Source: a virus
Taxonomy: Duplodnaviria > Heunggongvirae > Uroviricota > Caudoviricetes
Virus record (IMG/VR): IMGVR_UViG_3300037400_006466
Span: 236,098 to 284,702 of that record
Strand: one strand, 5' to 3'
DNA length: 48,605 nucleotides
In this document: piece by piece, positions 35,260 to 43,566 of the stretch
How the letters are laid out: the number at the start of each line of letters is the position of its first letter
How positions within the stretch are numbered: the first letter of the stretch is position 1
Notes under the pieces: model-generated
What the model saw: only the letters and a program-made list of their open reading frames with translations
Database searches by the model: none
What the model was told of the DNA's origin: nothing
Translations under genes and position numbers: made by a program

Positions 35260-35331
35260 TCAGCCTGGAGGGATTTGAACCCCCGGCCTGGTCGTCCCAA
35301 GCGACCCGTGCTACCACTGCACTACAGACTG
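35260..35331 (-). tRNA. tRNA-Pro(TGG)
   Basis: C1:G72 acceptor CAGTCTG/CAGGCTG; arm GGTCG-CTTGGGA-CGACC. Confidence 0.92.
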
Positions 35332-35341
35332 ATTTTTTCTA

Positions 35342-36064
35342 TCAATATGAAGGAAGTTTCCTTTCATACCTTTCTTTTTCTGGATAATATTTATTTATCC
35401 ATCTTCTTACTTGGGTATGTGACATACCCAAATCTTTGGAAGCTTTTGTTACCCAACCGAACTTTGTAGTATCTATTGAATCAAAATACTTTTTTCTTTC
35501 CTCTAACAAAGCCTGCTTTTGTAAGCTTCTTTTAGCTTCCTCTACCTCTTTATCTAATTTTTTCTTCTTTGATGATTCACAATCTCTATTAGCAAAAGTC
35601 TCTGTTTGACTATGACAATTAGGACATAACCACCTAAGATTACTCAATCTATTATCATTGTTAATACCATTTATATGGTCTAACTGAAGAATTAAGGGCT
35701 TTCCATTATAAAATCCTTCATTTCCACATATCTGGCATTTATAAGGAAGAAGATTTCCATTTAATATTCTTTTTTTAAGAATAGTTTTAGCATGAGTGCT
35801 GTTTTCACAGAAAACTTCCTCATCGGAAAACTGCCTTTCCCATTTATTACTCTGTATTGTTTCTTTTTGAAAGAGTTTGCTTCTTTCTTCCAATTTAGAA
35901 GCTTCTTCTTTCAAATCATACTCTTCTATAATTTTTCTTAGAGTAACTATATTCTTATAATTCTTGAAACCAAGAGTTTCTAAGCATTTCTTCCATGTAT
36001 TTGAAGATTCAATTGCTAACTTGATTTCTTCTCTTGAGAAGTCATACATTTTACTTCTACTCAT
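35342..36064 (-). CDS. HNH homing endonuclease
   Basis: CQICG...KPLILQLDHINGINNDNRLSNLRWLCPNCHSQT. Confidence 0.9.
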   Translation of the reverse strand: MSRSKMYDFSREEIKLAIESSNTWKKCLETLGFKNYKNIVTLRKIIEEYDLKEEASKLEERSKLFQKETIQSNKWERQFSDEEVFCENSTHAKTILKKRILNGNLLPYKCQICGNEGFYNGKPLILQLDHINGINNDNRLSNLRWLCPNCHSQTETFANRDCESSKKKKLDKEVEEAKRSLQKQALLEERKKYFDSIDTTKFGWVTKASKDLGMSHTQVRRWINKYYPEKERYERKLPSY

Positions 36065-36422
36065 ATTTGAACCTACCATTCCTATTACTACTATAATTAG
36101 TATAACATAGTTCAAGTAAGTTTGGTAAATTATTTACAAAATGAATGGTGAGCAATCTCTCCTTTGTACTTCAGGGCTTATACTCTTGAATCAGACTGGT
36201 CTTGGCCATCAAAGTCTGTAAAGGTTACCATTATGCCTTTGTTCTTAAAATGACATATCTTTCATTGGAAATCCCTTACCTCATGAAGAAAGGAATGATA
36301 CCTGGCCGAGCCTCTTGCCCAATTGCTTCAGTCTAACCTCAGCATCCCAAACATGATAGATTTGTGAGAATCCACCAATAGTACAAGGTCTCACTTTCCT
36401 TGTATAGAAAGATACATCTTAT

Positions 36423-36498
36423 TGGCATTGAAGGACTTGAACCTTCTTATCTCACTCCCCCATATACTGGGGGTGCTTCACCATCAAAGCTTAATGCC
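36423..36498 (-). tRNA. Atypical tRNA-like gene (TAT centred in a non-canonical loop)
   Basis: 6-bp acceptor GGCATT/AATGCC, good D- and T-arms, CCCCC-AGTATAT-GGGGG arm lacking U33. Confidence 0.5.
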
Positions 36499-36504
36499 AT
36501 TTTA

Positions 36505-36742
36505 ACATCATCTGATGGTTGCCTCCAGTCAGATATGTCCCAGTGCAGTTAGAAACACATAGGCAACTGCCAAACATTCCTGCACATATCAGCAATCCAT
36601 AGGACTTTACTGATATAATGTTTCTCACTCTAACGTAGGCTCTTTCGACTTAGGGTAACCTACTCCCCGCCAGTGTAATACCACTATACTACCCGAATCA
36701 CTTGTGAGCTATCGGGCTGAGAATCGAACTCAGGTTTCTAGC
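36505..36742 (-). ncRNA. Circularly permuted tRNA-like gene fused to a pseudoknotted extension
   Basis: Transcript order: 3' half (36742-36709), 10-nt linker, 5' half (36698-36669), ~165-nt structured tail. The halves pair in acceptor (TCGGG/CCCGA) and anticodon stem (CTGGC/GCTAG). Confidence 0.6.
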
Positions 36743-36744
36743 TT

Positions 36745-36819
36745 TGAGGACACCCAGGATTTGAACCTGTATCTCTGACCAAAGGGGCCAGCGTTCTGTC
36801 CAGTTGAACTACATTCCTC
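36745..36819 (-). pseudogene. Degenerate tRNA (CTT centred in loop CCCTTTG)
   Basis: Canonical D-arm and T-loop; acceptor only 5 bp; anticodon loop lacks U33 and purine 37. Confidence 0.5.
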
Positions 36820-36851
36820 TGAGAGCCATTCATGACTGACTCCCTTTATTA

Positions 36852-36925
36852 CACCCGCGACGAGTGCTGCCCTCGCTATTTCCACCTTGACAGGGTGGCG
36901 ACTCTGCTTGTTTGTCCTCACGGGT
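36852..36925 (-). tRNA. tRNA-Asp(GTC)
   Basis: Acceptor ACCCGTG/CGCGGGT, G73; arm CCACC-CTGTCAA-GGTGG; T-loop GGCAGCA. Confidence 0.85.
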
Positions 36926-37150
36926 AAGAATGATACTTTTTATTTACCCAGACACCAGGCTGAAAGTATCAAACCTCATGTGTCCGCACAAGTTCCACCT
37001 TTATCAAGTAAGGAGGAGTAGAAAGGAAAATCAAGTGGAACTTGCAGGTTCCAAATTGAAAAATATGAGATTCTGAAGAATTGCACTTCAGGGCCGACCA
37101 ACTTCCACTAAGACCTGCACTAGCTGAATCTCGATGTCACAGATGGATTA

Positions 37151-37224
37151 AAGTTCAGAGAGGGACTTGAACCCCCATTTTAGTTTTCCACTCTAGGTCT
37201 ATCTGCCATTGAATTATCTGAACT
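37151..37224 (-). pseudogene. Degenerate tRNA-like gene with 8-bp acceptor and collapsed anticodon stem
   Basis: AGTTCAGA/TCTGAACT acceptor, T-arm GGGGG-TTCAAGT-CCCTC; only 3-bp TAG/CTA in the anticodon region. Confidence 0.5.
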
Positions 37225-37276
37225 CTGTGACGATAAGAGGAGGTGATGTCTATGATGATTACACCACAAACACATT

Positions 37277-37352
37277 TCGGAGTCTAAGGAATCGAACCTT
37301 ACTATACCAACTTATAAGGATGGGCGACTGCTACCAGCTTCGTTTGACTCCG
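37277..37352 (-). tRNA. tRNA-Ile(TAT)
   Basis: Acceptor CGGAGTC/GACTCCG, A73; loop CT-TAT-AA; T-arm TAAGG-TTCGATT-CCTTA. Confidence 0.8.
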
Positions 37353-37355
37353 CAT

Positions 37356-38078
37356 TTATTCTAGTATTTTACTTTTCAGATGTTCAAGAAATGAACACTT
37401 ATCTTCTTTTGAAAGTTTTTTATATTCAGACCATCTAATTATAGACAAACAAGTCCATCCTTCCTTTTCAAGGATCTCAAATCTTTCTTTGTCTCTTAAT
37501 TGATAGTCTTTTCCATTTATGTCCTTTTGATAATGTTGCTCACCATTTACTTCAAAATAAATCTTTTTGTCAGGCCATGCAAAATCTAGATAAAATCTAT
37601 TTACTCTAAAGTTGTGTTCATAATCTGTAAAAGTATCTAACCATTCCATAAAGTATTGCTCATCATATGGTGTTTGACTTCTATCAATGTTCCACCTACT
37701 CTTACCATTAGAGTAATTTTCTTTTTGAGTTGCTGATATTTTTTCTCTAGATTCTTTTGTTTGTGGATGTGATTTAACCTGTTCTTTATTAGGATTTAAA
37801 TCACAGTACTTTTCATGAAGAGTACAACTATGTTTATACTCAAAAAATCTGTTACAGAACTTACAATGGTATTCACCTTTTGTATGTTTATGACCATAAA
37901 ATCCTGTGGTTTTATAGTTTCTTTCTCCTCTAGGACCTTTGTGAATCCAAGATTTTATGTCTTGTCTGTTAGGATTAGAGTAACAAAGTCTTTCATGATT
38001 AATTAAAGAATTGTGATTTTTACATTCCTTTCCACAAAAGGAACAAATAAAATTGGTTTCTTGAAATTGAATTTTCAT
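37356..38078 (-). CDS. Free-standing endonuclease, zinc fingers + NUMOD3 + Vsr/DUF559-like domain
   Basis: CSFCGK..HERLCYSNPNR, CKFCNR..HEKYCDLNPNK, SHPQTKESREKIS, FYLDFAWPDKKIYFEVNGEQHY..RD..R...L...GW. Confidence 0.8.
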   Translation of the reverse strand: MKIQFQETNFICSFCGKECKNHNSLINHERLCYSNPNRQDIKSWIHKGPRGERNYKTTGFYGHKHTKGEYHCKFCNRFFEYKHSCTLHEKYCDLNPNKEQVKSHPQTKESREKISATQKENYSNGKSRWNIDRSQTPYDEQYFMEWLDTFTDYEHNFRVNRFYLDFAWPDKKIYFEVNGEQHYQKDINGKDYQLRDKERFEILEKEGWTCLSIIRWSEYKKLSKEDKCSFLEHLKSKILE

Positions 38079-38686
38079 TATTTGCCTCTATTTTGTTGAA
38101 TTATGGTTGCCGCCATATATGTAAATTAGTATAAATAGTTTGAAGTTAGAAATAAAGGAGGCAATTTCTTCAATTTCAACAAGCGGCAACTTGATGTCCT
38201 TCAAACTGTGATTAACAAAAACATGAGGCTTTCACTTGCTGTTCCAGCATTGACATCATAAGAAGAAAACCACTTAACAAGTATGAATGTCTTACTGGTC
38301 AATATCTATATCAAAGAGGGGATGTTTTAGGCTAAATTTTAAACTACACTTCCATCATCAAAACTCCATCCAAGTATCACTGTTTCAGATACCAGACTTC
38401 ACATTGTTTCTCCTGAAGTGAGACAGCTCTCAACCTTGACTCCGCAGAGTCTATCATAATCATCAGTTGCCTGCATGTGTAACCTTGTAGGAAACATCCA
38501 TATGGAAGAACTGTTCTAGACTATGTACGCTCCTTCTTCCCAAGAGACTGACCTAAGCCAGTTTCCATACTCTTCAATAATCCAAAATCTCATTTACCTA
38601 CTCAACCATCCAGGACTCATGTCCTATGTCTTTCGGTTCCTGTTTCCTTCGCTAGTAACTATAAAAATCCTTTTCCTTACAATCCT

Positions 38687-38715
38687 AATATAACATATTA
38701 GGAACTTCTTGTCAA
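38687..38715 (-). promoter_or_regulatory. Sigma70-type promoter
   Basis: TTGACA-17 nt-TATATT. Confidence 0.65.
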
Positions 38716-38791
38716 TATCTTTTCAGATATTTTTTTTCTTTTTCAAGAGGTGACTTTCACTTCTCTGTGTCTCTCACCTCTTGACAATAAT

Positions 38792-38820
38792 ATAATACAA
38801 TATTCTCTGATTTTTGTCAA
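38792..38820 (-). promoter_or_regulatory. Sigma70-type promoter (extended -10)
   Basis: TTGACA-17 nt-TATTAT with TG immediately before the -10. Confidence 0.7.
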
Positions 38821-39038
38821 CACCCTAAATAAAAAAAAGAACCAAAGATTTTATCTTCGGTTCTTCCTTGTTACCTTTTAGGTCTTATAGGGCCAACTTC
38901 CTATGAAGCCTCCCCTGGATTACAAGAAAGAACCACAAGCCCTGGCTTGGGGGCCTGTATACTTGTATTGAGCATATCAATGTGTCTTCCCTGCAATTTA
39001 ATCATGTCTTAATTAGTGTAACTTTTTAAAAAGGTAAA

Positions 39039-39758
39039 TTACACATAAACCTTATCATCATAGAATGTCACCTTGTCAAACGCCAAATCATAAATCTGTG
39101 TATAAAGACAATACCATTCATAATCATCAGATACCCCTTTCCAGAACTGATGCAGGTGTCCGAAAAAGTGCTTCTTGAATGAACCCTCATTCTCCTTTAT
39201 CTCATATTTGAGCTGACTTATCATCCTTTCAGTAGAATCATTCACCGTGTCAGTAGTTCCCAATACAGTCTGTACCAGCTCTGTATCAGCAGTATGGGTG
39301 AGAAGATAGTCAAATTTCCAGTTGTTCTTCTTTAGATTCTCTATGGCATTGCTATAATCGCTCATAGTGGGCTGTTCCTGAGGCCACCATGATACATAGG
39401 GAGTTCTCCAATGCTTGTCTATGGAAAGTGCCCCTCCGAATACAAGGAACTTCTTACCTTCTATCTCATACATCTCGCCTCTAATAAGGTGATAGATGTT
39501 ATCTGCTATCTTATGAGCTCTACCACCATATATCTTAACAATAGGGAAAGTGTCAATAACATTATATCCCTCATGATTCCCATCAATCCAAAGCTGGATA
39601 CATTCAGGATTATTTTTTAAATATCGTTTAAGATGCTCAGAAGTCCAGCACCAGCCCCAATCTCCTAATACAATGAGAATATCCTCTTTTGATAGACTCC
39701 TTATGAATTGTTCCCTTTCATCCCATGTCCCATGGATATCACCGGTTATGTACAGCAT
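39039..39758 (-). CDS. Calcineurin-like metallophosphoesterase
   Basis: YITGDIHG, VLGDWG, IDGNHE, LLTHT, FFGHLH motifs; start MLYIT. Confidence 0.9.
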   Translation of the reverse strand: MLYITGDIHGTWDEREQFIRSLSKEDILIVLGDWGWCWTSEHLKRYLKNNPECIQLWIDGNHEGYNVIDTFPIVKIYGGRAHKIADNIYHLIRGEMYEIEGKKFLVFGGALSIDKHWRTPYVSWWPQEQPTMSDYSNAIENLKKNNWKFDYLLTHTADTELVQTVLGTTDTVNDSTERMISQLKYEIKENEGSFKKHFFGHLHQFWKGVSDDYEWYCLYTQIYDLAFDKVTFYDDKVYV

Positions 39759-39769
39759 ACCTATAATAT

Positions 39770-39801
39770 AAAAAGAAAAGAGGTCATTAATGACCTCTTT
39801 T
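39770..39801. terminator. Bidirectional terminator, near-duplicate of 42220-42249
   Basis: aaaaagaaaagaggtcattaatgacctctttt versus aaaaagaaaagaggccacacggcctctttt. Confidence 0.7.
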
Positions 39802-39820
39802 AAAAATTCAGATTGATTTA

Positions 39821-39985
39821 TCAGTAATTGGAATAGTTGTTCCAACCAGGGAAGTACTCATCAATGAACTTCTCCTCATCTGCGAACCTCAGCTCCTTTA
39901 TCATCTCATCTGTAAGCTTGAACTCAAACAGGGCATACCCCACATCAAAGATAAGAGCCTCAAGGTCACCAGTAATGTAAATCAT
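39821..39985 (-). CDS. 54-aa chimeric/duplicated mini-gene
   Basis: MIYITGDLEALIFDVGYALFEFKLTDEMIKELRFADEEKFIDEYFPGWNNYSNY; ATGA overlap with 39982..40506; homologous to the C-terminus of 42271..42705. Confidence 0.65.
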   Translation of the reverse strand: MIYITGDLEALIFDVGYALFEFKLTDEMIKELRFADEEKFIDEYFPGWNNYSNY

Positions 39986-40506
39986 GTCTGTTCCTTATAG
40001 GGATGCCCATCTACCCATTCTTTAGCACCCCAGTTCTCTTCGGTCCAATCTAGAAACAATTCTCCGCTTGGGCTTCCGTATATGTTATGAGGTTTGAAGT
40101 TCTCCCTTTCCTCTTCTGAGAACTGCATATACAGATCTTCCAGGTCAGATTTTCTCCGATTCTCATATTTTTCATTTTCTTTGGGTTCAATTCCGTCGAA
40201 CTGCCAATAAATGTAGTCATTCACCCAGGGCTGAGGATACTTGTATATGCAGTAACCTACCCACCTCTCGTCCTCAAACTCTGGGATATTTTCCTTAACC
40301 CAATTCTTAGGAGCTGTGATTACAAGGCTTATCGCCATGTCTATACAGACCACCTTGATGCAGAGCTTATTCTCTTTGGCATAGGCATCAAGGTCCTTTA
40401 TCCAGTTCTCACCTGAATGCTTATCACTCCCGAAGTCATACCATTCATCAAAGAACTTGGGATACTGATGCCAGTCATTGACCTCAAAACAGATTATATC
40501 TTTCAT
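39982..40506 (-). CDS. Hypothetical protein
   Basis: Start MKDII with GGAGG RBS; aromatic/acidic. Confidence 0.65.
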   Translation of the reverse strand: MKDIICFEVNDWHQYPKFFDEWYDFGSDKHSGENWIKDLDAYAKENKLCIKVVCIDMAISLVITAPKNWVKENIPEFEDERWVGYCIYKYPQPWVNDYIYWQFDGIEPKENEKYENRRKSDLEDLYMQFSEEERENFKPHNIYGSPSGELFLDWTEENWGAKEWVDGHPYKEQT

Positions 40507-40638
40507 TTTGCTTCCTCCATAACACCAACTGGCTCCCACTCACTTATCTTTCCACCATCATAACTGAAAAGATACCAGACAATACCCTCATCATCTATGT
40601 GAATGTTGGTAAAGTCCTCTATATCATTTTCATACGAG

Positions 40639-41001
40639 TCAGATATTGTTATCTGAAATTTCTTCATTTTTCAGTTCCCTTTTAAGTGCCTGTCTTATCT
40701 TCTTGTGCTTACTGGACTTGAGATTATATCCTCTACTTCCATAGTTCTGGTTCTTCGGATACTCCTGCCAGTGACCGATATCATTTGTCAGTTTGTCAGG
40801 ATGGACTGTCTCTCTTTGAGCTGTCCATTCCACCATCTTGAAGTTAGGATTGGCCTTGTTGTGAACTGCACAGAGAGACAGACTAGGGTCCTCTTTGTAA
40901 GACAGTTCATATCTTCCGTTAATTGAATGGTTCCTATATAACCTTCTTCTTCTCAGGTCCTTCACTCTGTTCTGTTCCAGTCTGAAATCCTTTGTTCTCA
41001 T
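40639..41001 (-). CDS. Basic (R/K-rich) hypothetical protein
   Basis: Start MRTKDF with GAGG RBS. Confidence 0.55.
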   Translation of the reverse strand: MRTKDFRLEQNRVKDLRRRRLYRNHSINGRYELSYKEDPSLSLCAVHNKANPNFKMVEWTAQRETVHPDKLTNDIGHWQEYPKNQNYGSRGYNLKSSKHKKIRQALKRELKNEEISDNNI

Positions 41002-41197
41002 TCTTAACCTCATTCGGATTTTTCTCTGCCCATACTTGAAGTCCATCCATATAAGACAATTTTATAGACTGACAATCTTCCTTTTTGAATTGCTTTAATT
41101 CAGATTCCACATCTTCTTTCAGATGAGGATACTTATTGTATGCCTGTGTACGGGTCAGCTTTGTCTTCTGTCCCTCTATCCAAAATTCAGTCTTCAT
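40934..41197 (-). CDS. Hypothetical protein
   Basis: Start MKTEF; overlaps the next gene by ~70 nt. Confidence 0.5.
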   Translation of the reverse strand: MKTEFWIEGQKTKLTRTQAYNKYPHLKEDVESELKQFKKEDCQSIKLSYMDGLQVWAEKNPNEVKNENKGFQTGTEQSEGPEKKKVI

Positions 41198-41199
41198 AC

Positions 41200-41544
41200 T
41201 TAATCCTCTGTCTCCCTTATCCACTTATTGGTGCACTCTATATACATGGAATGGCTTTCCCTTGTTATCTCTCTGTTATCCACCACTGGACTCGGCCATT
41301 CGAAAGCTCTCAGACCTCCGTTCCATGTGCAGTAAAAGAACTCAAACATCAGTGCAAAAGGAAGAATCATCACATACACGGGTATCCTTGCCCTTATGTA
41401 GAGTCTGTATGATGGCATTCCGCCTGACTTATCCTCTTCCATATACAGGAATCTGGCACAGAATATTCTTGACCTTGTATGGCTTTTCTTATACCCCATG
41501 AGTCTGTTGACAAAGTTCTGTGACAGCCTTATTCTCTTCTTCAT
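41200..41544 (-). CDS. Hypothetical protein with a hydrophobic segment
   Basis: 114 aa; ATGA coupling with the upstream gene. Confidence 0.6.
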   Translation of the reverse strand: MKKRIRLSQNFVNRLMGYKKSHTRSRIFCARFLYMEEDKSGGMPSYRLYIRARIPVYVMILPFALMFEFFYCTWNGGLRAFEWPSPVVDNREITRESHSMYIECTNKWIRETED

Positions 41545-41816
41545 CTGTCTGACTCATCATCCTTGAAATGTATGACCATGCTGCATGCCTGAACAATAAT
41601 CTCAGTGAAAAGAGCCAATCCTATCACAAGACTGGCAACCCGCCCTCCTGCGAAAGCATATGTGAGGATATCAAGAGCGGCTATGACACCGAGACATATC
41701 CATCCCACCATTATCTTCGTTGAATCCTCTACCTTCTTGTTGAAGGCAAAGCAGGCAAACACAGTAAAACTCACCATAATCAAAGATGTGAAAATCCAAC
41801 TTAACATATTATCCAT
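41541..41816 (-). CDS. Small three-helix membrane protein
   Basis: 91 aa; three hydrophobic stretches; AGGAG RBS. Confidence 0.65.
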   Translation of the reverse strand: MDNMLSWIFTSLIMVSFTVFACFAFNKKVEDSTKIMVGWICLGVIAALDILTYAFAGGRVASLVIGLALFTEIIVQACSMVIHFKDDESDR

Positions 41817-41827
41817 ATAATCTCTCC

Positions 41828-42133
41828 TTATCTATGCAATGCAAAGACGAATCTTCCAGGTCTCTTGTATATCTCATCAAACATCTGCTCATCACAGGCA
41901 AATCCTGTTCCGTCAAGATATACCTCAGCATAATAGATATCCCCCTTATGGTCATAAAGCTCTGAGTAATAGACCATATGGTTATATCTGCTGTATATAC
42001 CACTCCAGTCAACGCAGGATTCTGAGTATGCCCTTCTCTTGTAATCCATGAGCTCCTTCTTGGAAAGGTCCTTGAATGAACATACCCACTCTCCTGACTT
42101 GTTCTTCTCAGTCACCATAACTCTTATTCCCAT
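41828..42133 (-). CDS. Hypothetical protein
   Basis: 101 aa; GGAGG RBS; first gene after promoter 42157-42185. Confidence 0.65.
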   Translation of the reverse strand: MGIRVMVTEKNKSGEWVCSFKDLSKKELMDYKRRAYSESCVDWSGIYSRYNHMVYYSELYDHKGDIYYAEVYLDGTGFACDEQMFDEIYKRPGRFVFALHR

Positions 42134-42156
42134 AGGATGTCCTCCCTACATGAATC

Positions 42157-42185
42157 ATATTATCATATGACTGACTTAATGTCAA
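42157..42185 (-). promoter_or_regulatory. Sigma70-type promoter
   Basis: TTGACA-17 nt-TAATAT. Confidence 0.7.
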
Positions 42186-42270
42186 TAGCCCTGATGAAAA
42201 ATATCCACGCATCTAATATAAAAAGAAAAGAGGCCACACGGCCTCTTTTATCAAGGATAAATCTGTATAA

Positions 42271-42705
42271 TCAATACCCTGAGTAGCTGTTCCACCCTGG
42301 AAAATATTCTTCAATGTACTTATCCTCATATGCAGCTCTCAGCTCCCTTACCATATCCTTTGTGAGGATGAACTCAAAGGTGTCAAATCCCACATCAAAC
42401 ATGATTGCCTCAGGGTCACCTGTGAGTCCGTCACCCTCAAGGGACACAACACAATCCTCTGCCATCTGAGGCTCAGATACCTCAAGCTTTCTTACCCACC
42501 TCTGGGGAGCTCTCCTGTAAAAGACATAAAGCACATCATTGTCATACATGGAGCCTTCACAAGGCATCTCCACCATCTTGGCTCCCTCTCCTCCGAAAAC
42601 GAACTGACCGTTCTCAGACCTGATGAAATCATCCACGAAAGGTGAATTGTAGAACTCTCTGAAAGAACACTCAGCCAACACTTTTCTGCTGTTATCTGAC
42701 CTCAT
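42271..42705 (-). CDS. Acidic hypothetical protein
   Basis: Start MRSDN with AGGAG RBS; C-terminus duplicated at 39821..39985. Confidence 0.65.
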   Translation of the reverse strand: MRSDNSRKVLAECSFREFYNSPFVDDFIRSENGQFVFGGEGAKMVEMPCEGSMYDNDVLYVFYRRAPQRWVRKLEVSEPQMAEDCVVSLEGDGLTGDPEAIMFDVGFDTFEFILTKDMVRELRAAYEDKYIEEYFPGWNSYSGY

Positions 42706-42827
42706 ATAATTATCTCCTATATCTTGATGATACCCCATTTTCCCTCATATGTCAAGTATCATAAGCGGATATCATGCGATAATTAGTTATTATGAGTATA
42801 CAAAAAAAAGAAGTCCACAAGGACTTC

Positions 42828-43469
42828 TTATCTGGTCTTGAATGAAAATATGAAATTGTCTGAAGGACTCTTGAACTCCTTGGGATTGAGGTCTATCTTC
42901 ATGGGAACAGGAACATATACTGAGCTCTCAGTCTTTATAGGCTGGATGCTCTTGCTCCTTATGGTGACATCATACCCTGATTCATCAAGATATCTGATTA
43001 TCTCCTCCAATGAATAGTTCTCAATGGATTGGGAGGTGGTGTAATTGTCTGAGAGCCTTACAGGGACTATGTTGTCTATGCTGAGAGAGGGGGAATCTGG
43101 AACCACAAATAAGTCGTTGACCTTACCTGAGGGATTGAGGAATATCAGACAGAAACAGAAGGTAAGTGCTGCTGAGCATATCGGCAGTAAAACCTTTTTA
43201 CTGACAATCTTATGAAGTTTCTGTAACCAGGTATGCTTCTCCTTATTGAGAACATTGGCATTGAGATATCTCATGACTCTGTTCTGAGACAACCCTATTG
43301 AGTCATCACTGATGACAGATTCCTTCACCTTCTCATGGAGACCCTTGATGGCGTTATATCTGAGCCTGCAGGCATCACACCACTCAAGATGTTCCTCTAT
43401 CTGAGCCTTCCATGGGTCGCTCAACTCACCGTCTATATATGAACTTAAAATCTGGTCATCAACACACAT
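42828..43469 (-). CDS. Zinc-finger (zf-HC2) membrane anti-sigma factor
   Basis: MCVDDQILSSYIDGEL...IEEHLEWCDACR (HxxxCxxC), a single TM helix at ~93-111 and a periplasmic tail. Confidence 0.85.
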   Translation of the reverse strand: MCVDDQILSSYIDGELSDPWKAQIEEHLEWCDACRLRYNAIKGLHEKVKESVISDDSIGLSQNRVMRYLNANVLNKEKHTWLQKLHKIVSKKVLLPICSAALTFCFCLIFLNPSGKVNDLFVVPDSPSLSIDNIVPVRLSDNYTTSQSIENYSLEEIIRYLDESGYDVTIRSKSIQPIKTESSVYVPVPMKIDLNPKEFKSPSDNFIFSFKTR

Positions 43470-43566
43470 AATTAAATACCTCTATATGGATAACAATCTC
43501 ATAGACCGTAAGTTACAAAAAAAGAGGTCTTTTCAGACCTCTTATTTTTCTATGAATGGGTTGGAA

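Noticed and set aside
36620-36665. Similarity of CCTAAGTC...CTACGTTA to HEARO/IscB omega RNA
   Set aside because: Only a ~25-nt resemblance, with no IscB/TnpB gene or other conserved elements; kept only as part of the permuted-tRNA extension.
4573-37352. Theta (HDV-like) ribozymes at tRNA 3' ends
   Set aside because: The trailers I inspected (Cys, Glu, Ser-GCT, His) lack the nested P1/P2/P3/P1.1 pattern; a formal motif search was not possible.
6392-39758. Pnkp-like tRNA repair system from the P-loop kinase plus the metallophosphoesterase
   Set aside because: The genes are 32 kb apart in different transcription units, no RNA ligase is in the window, and both families have many other roles.
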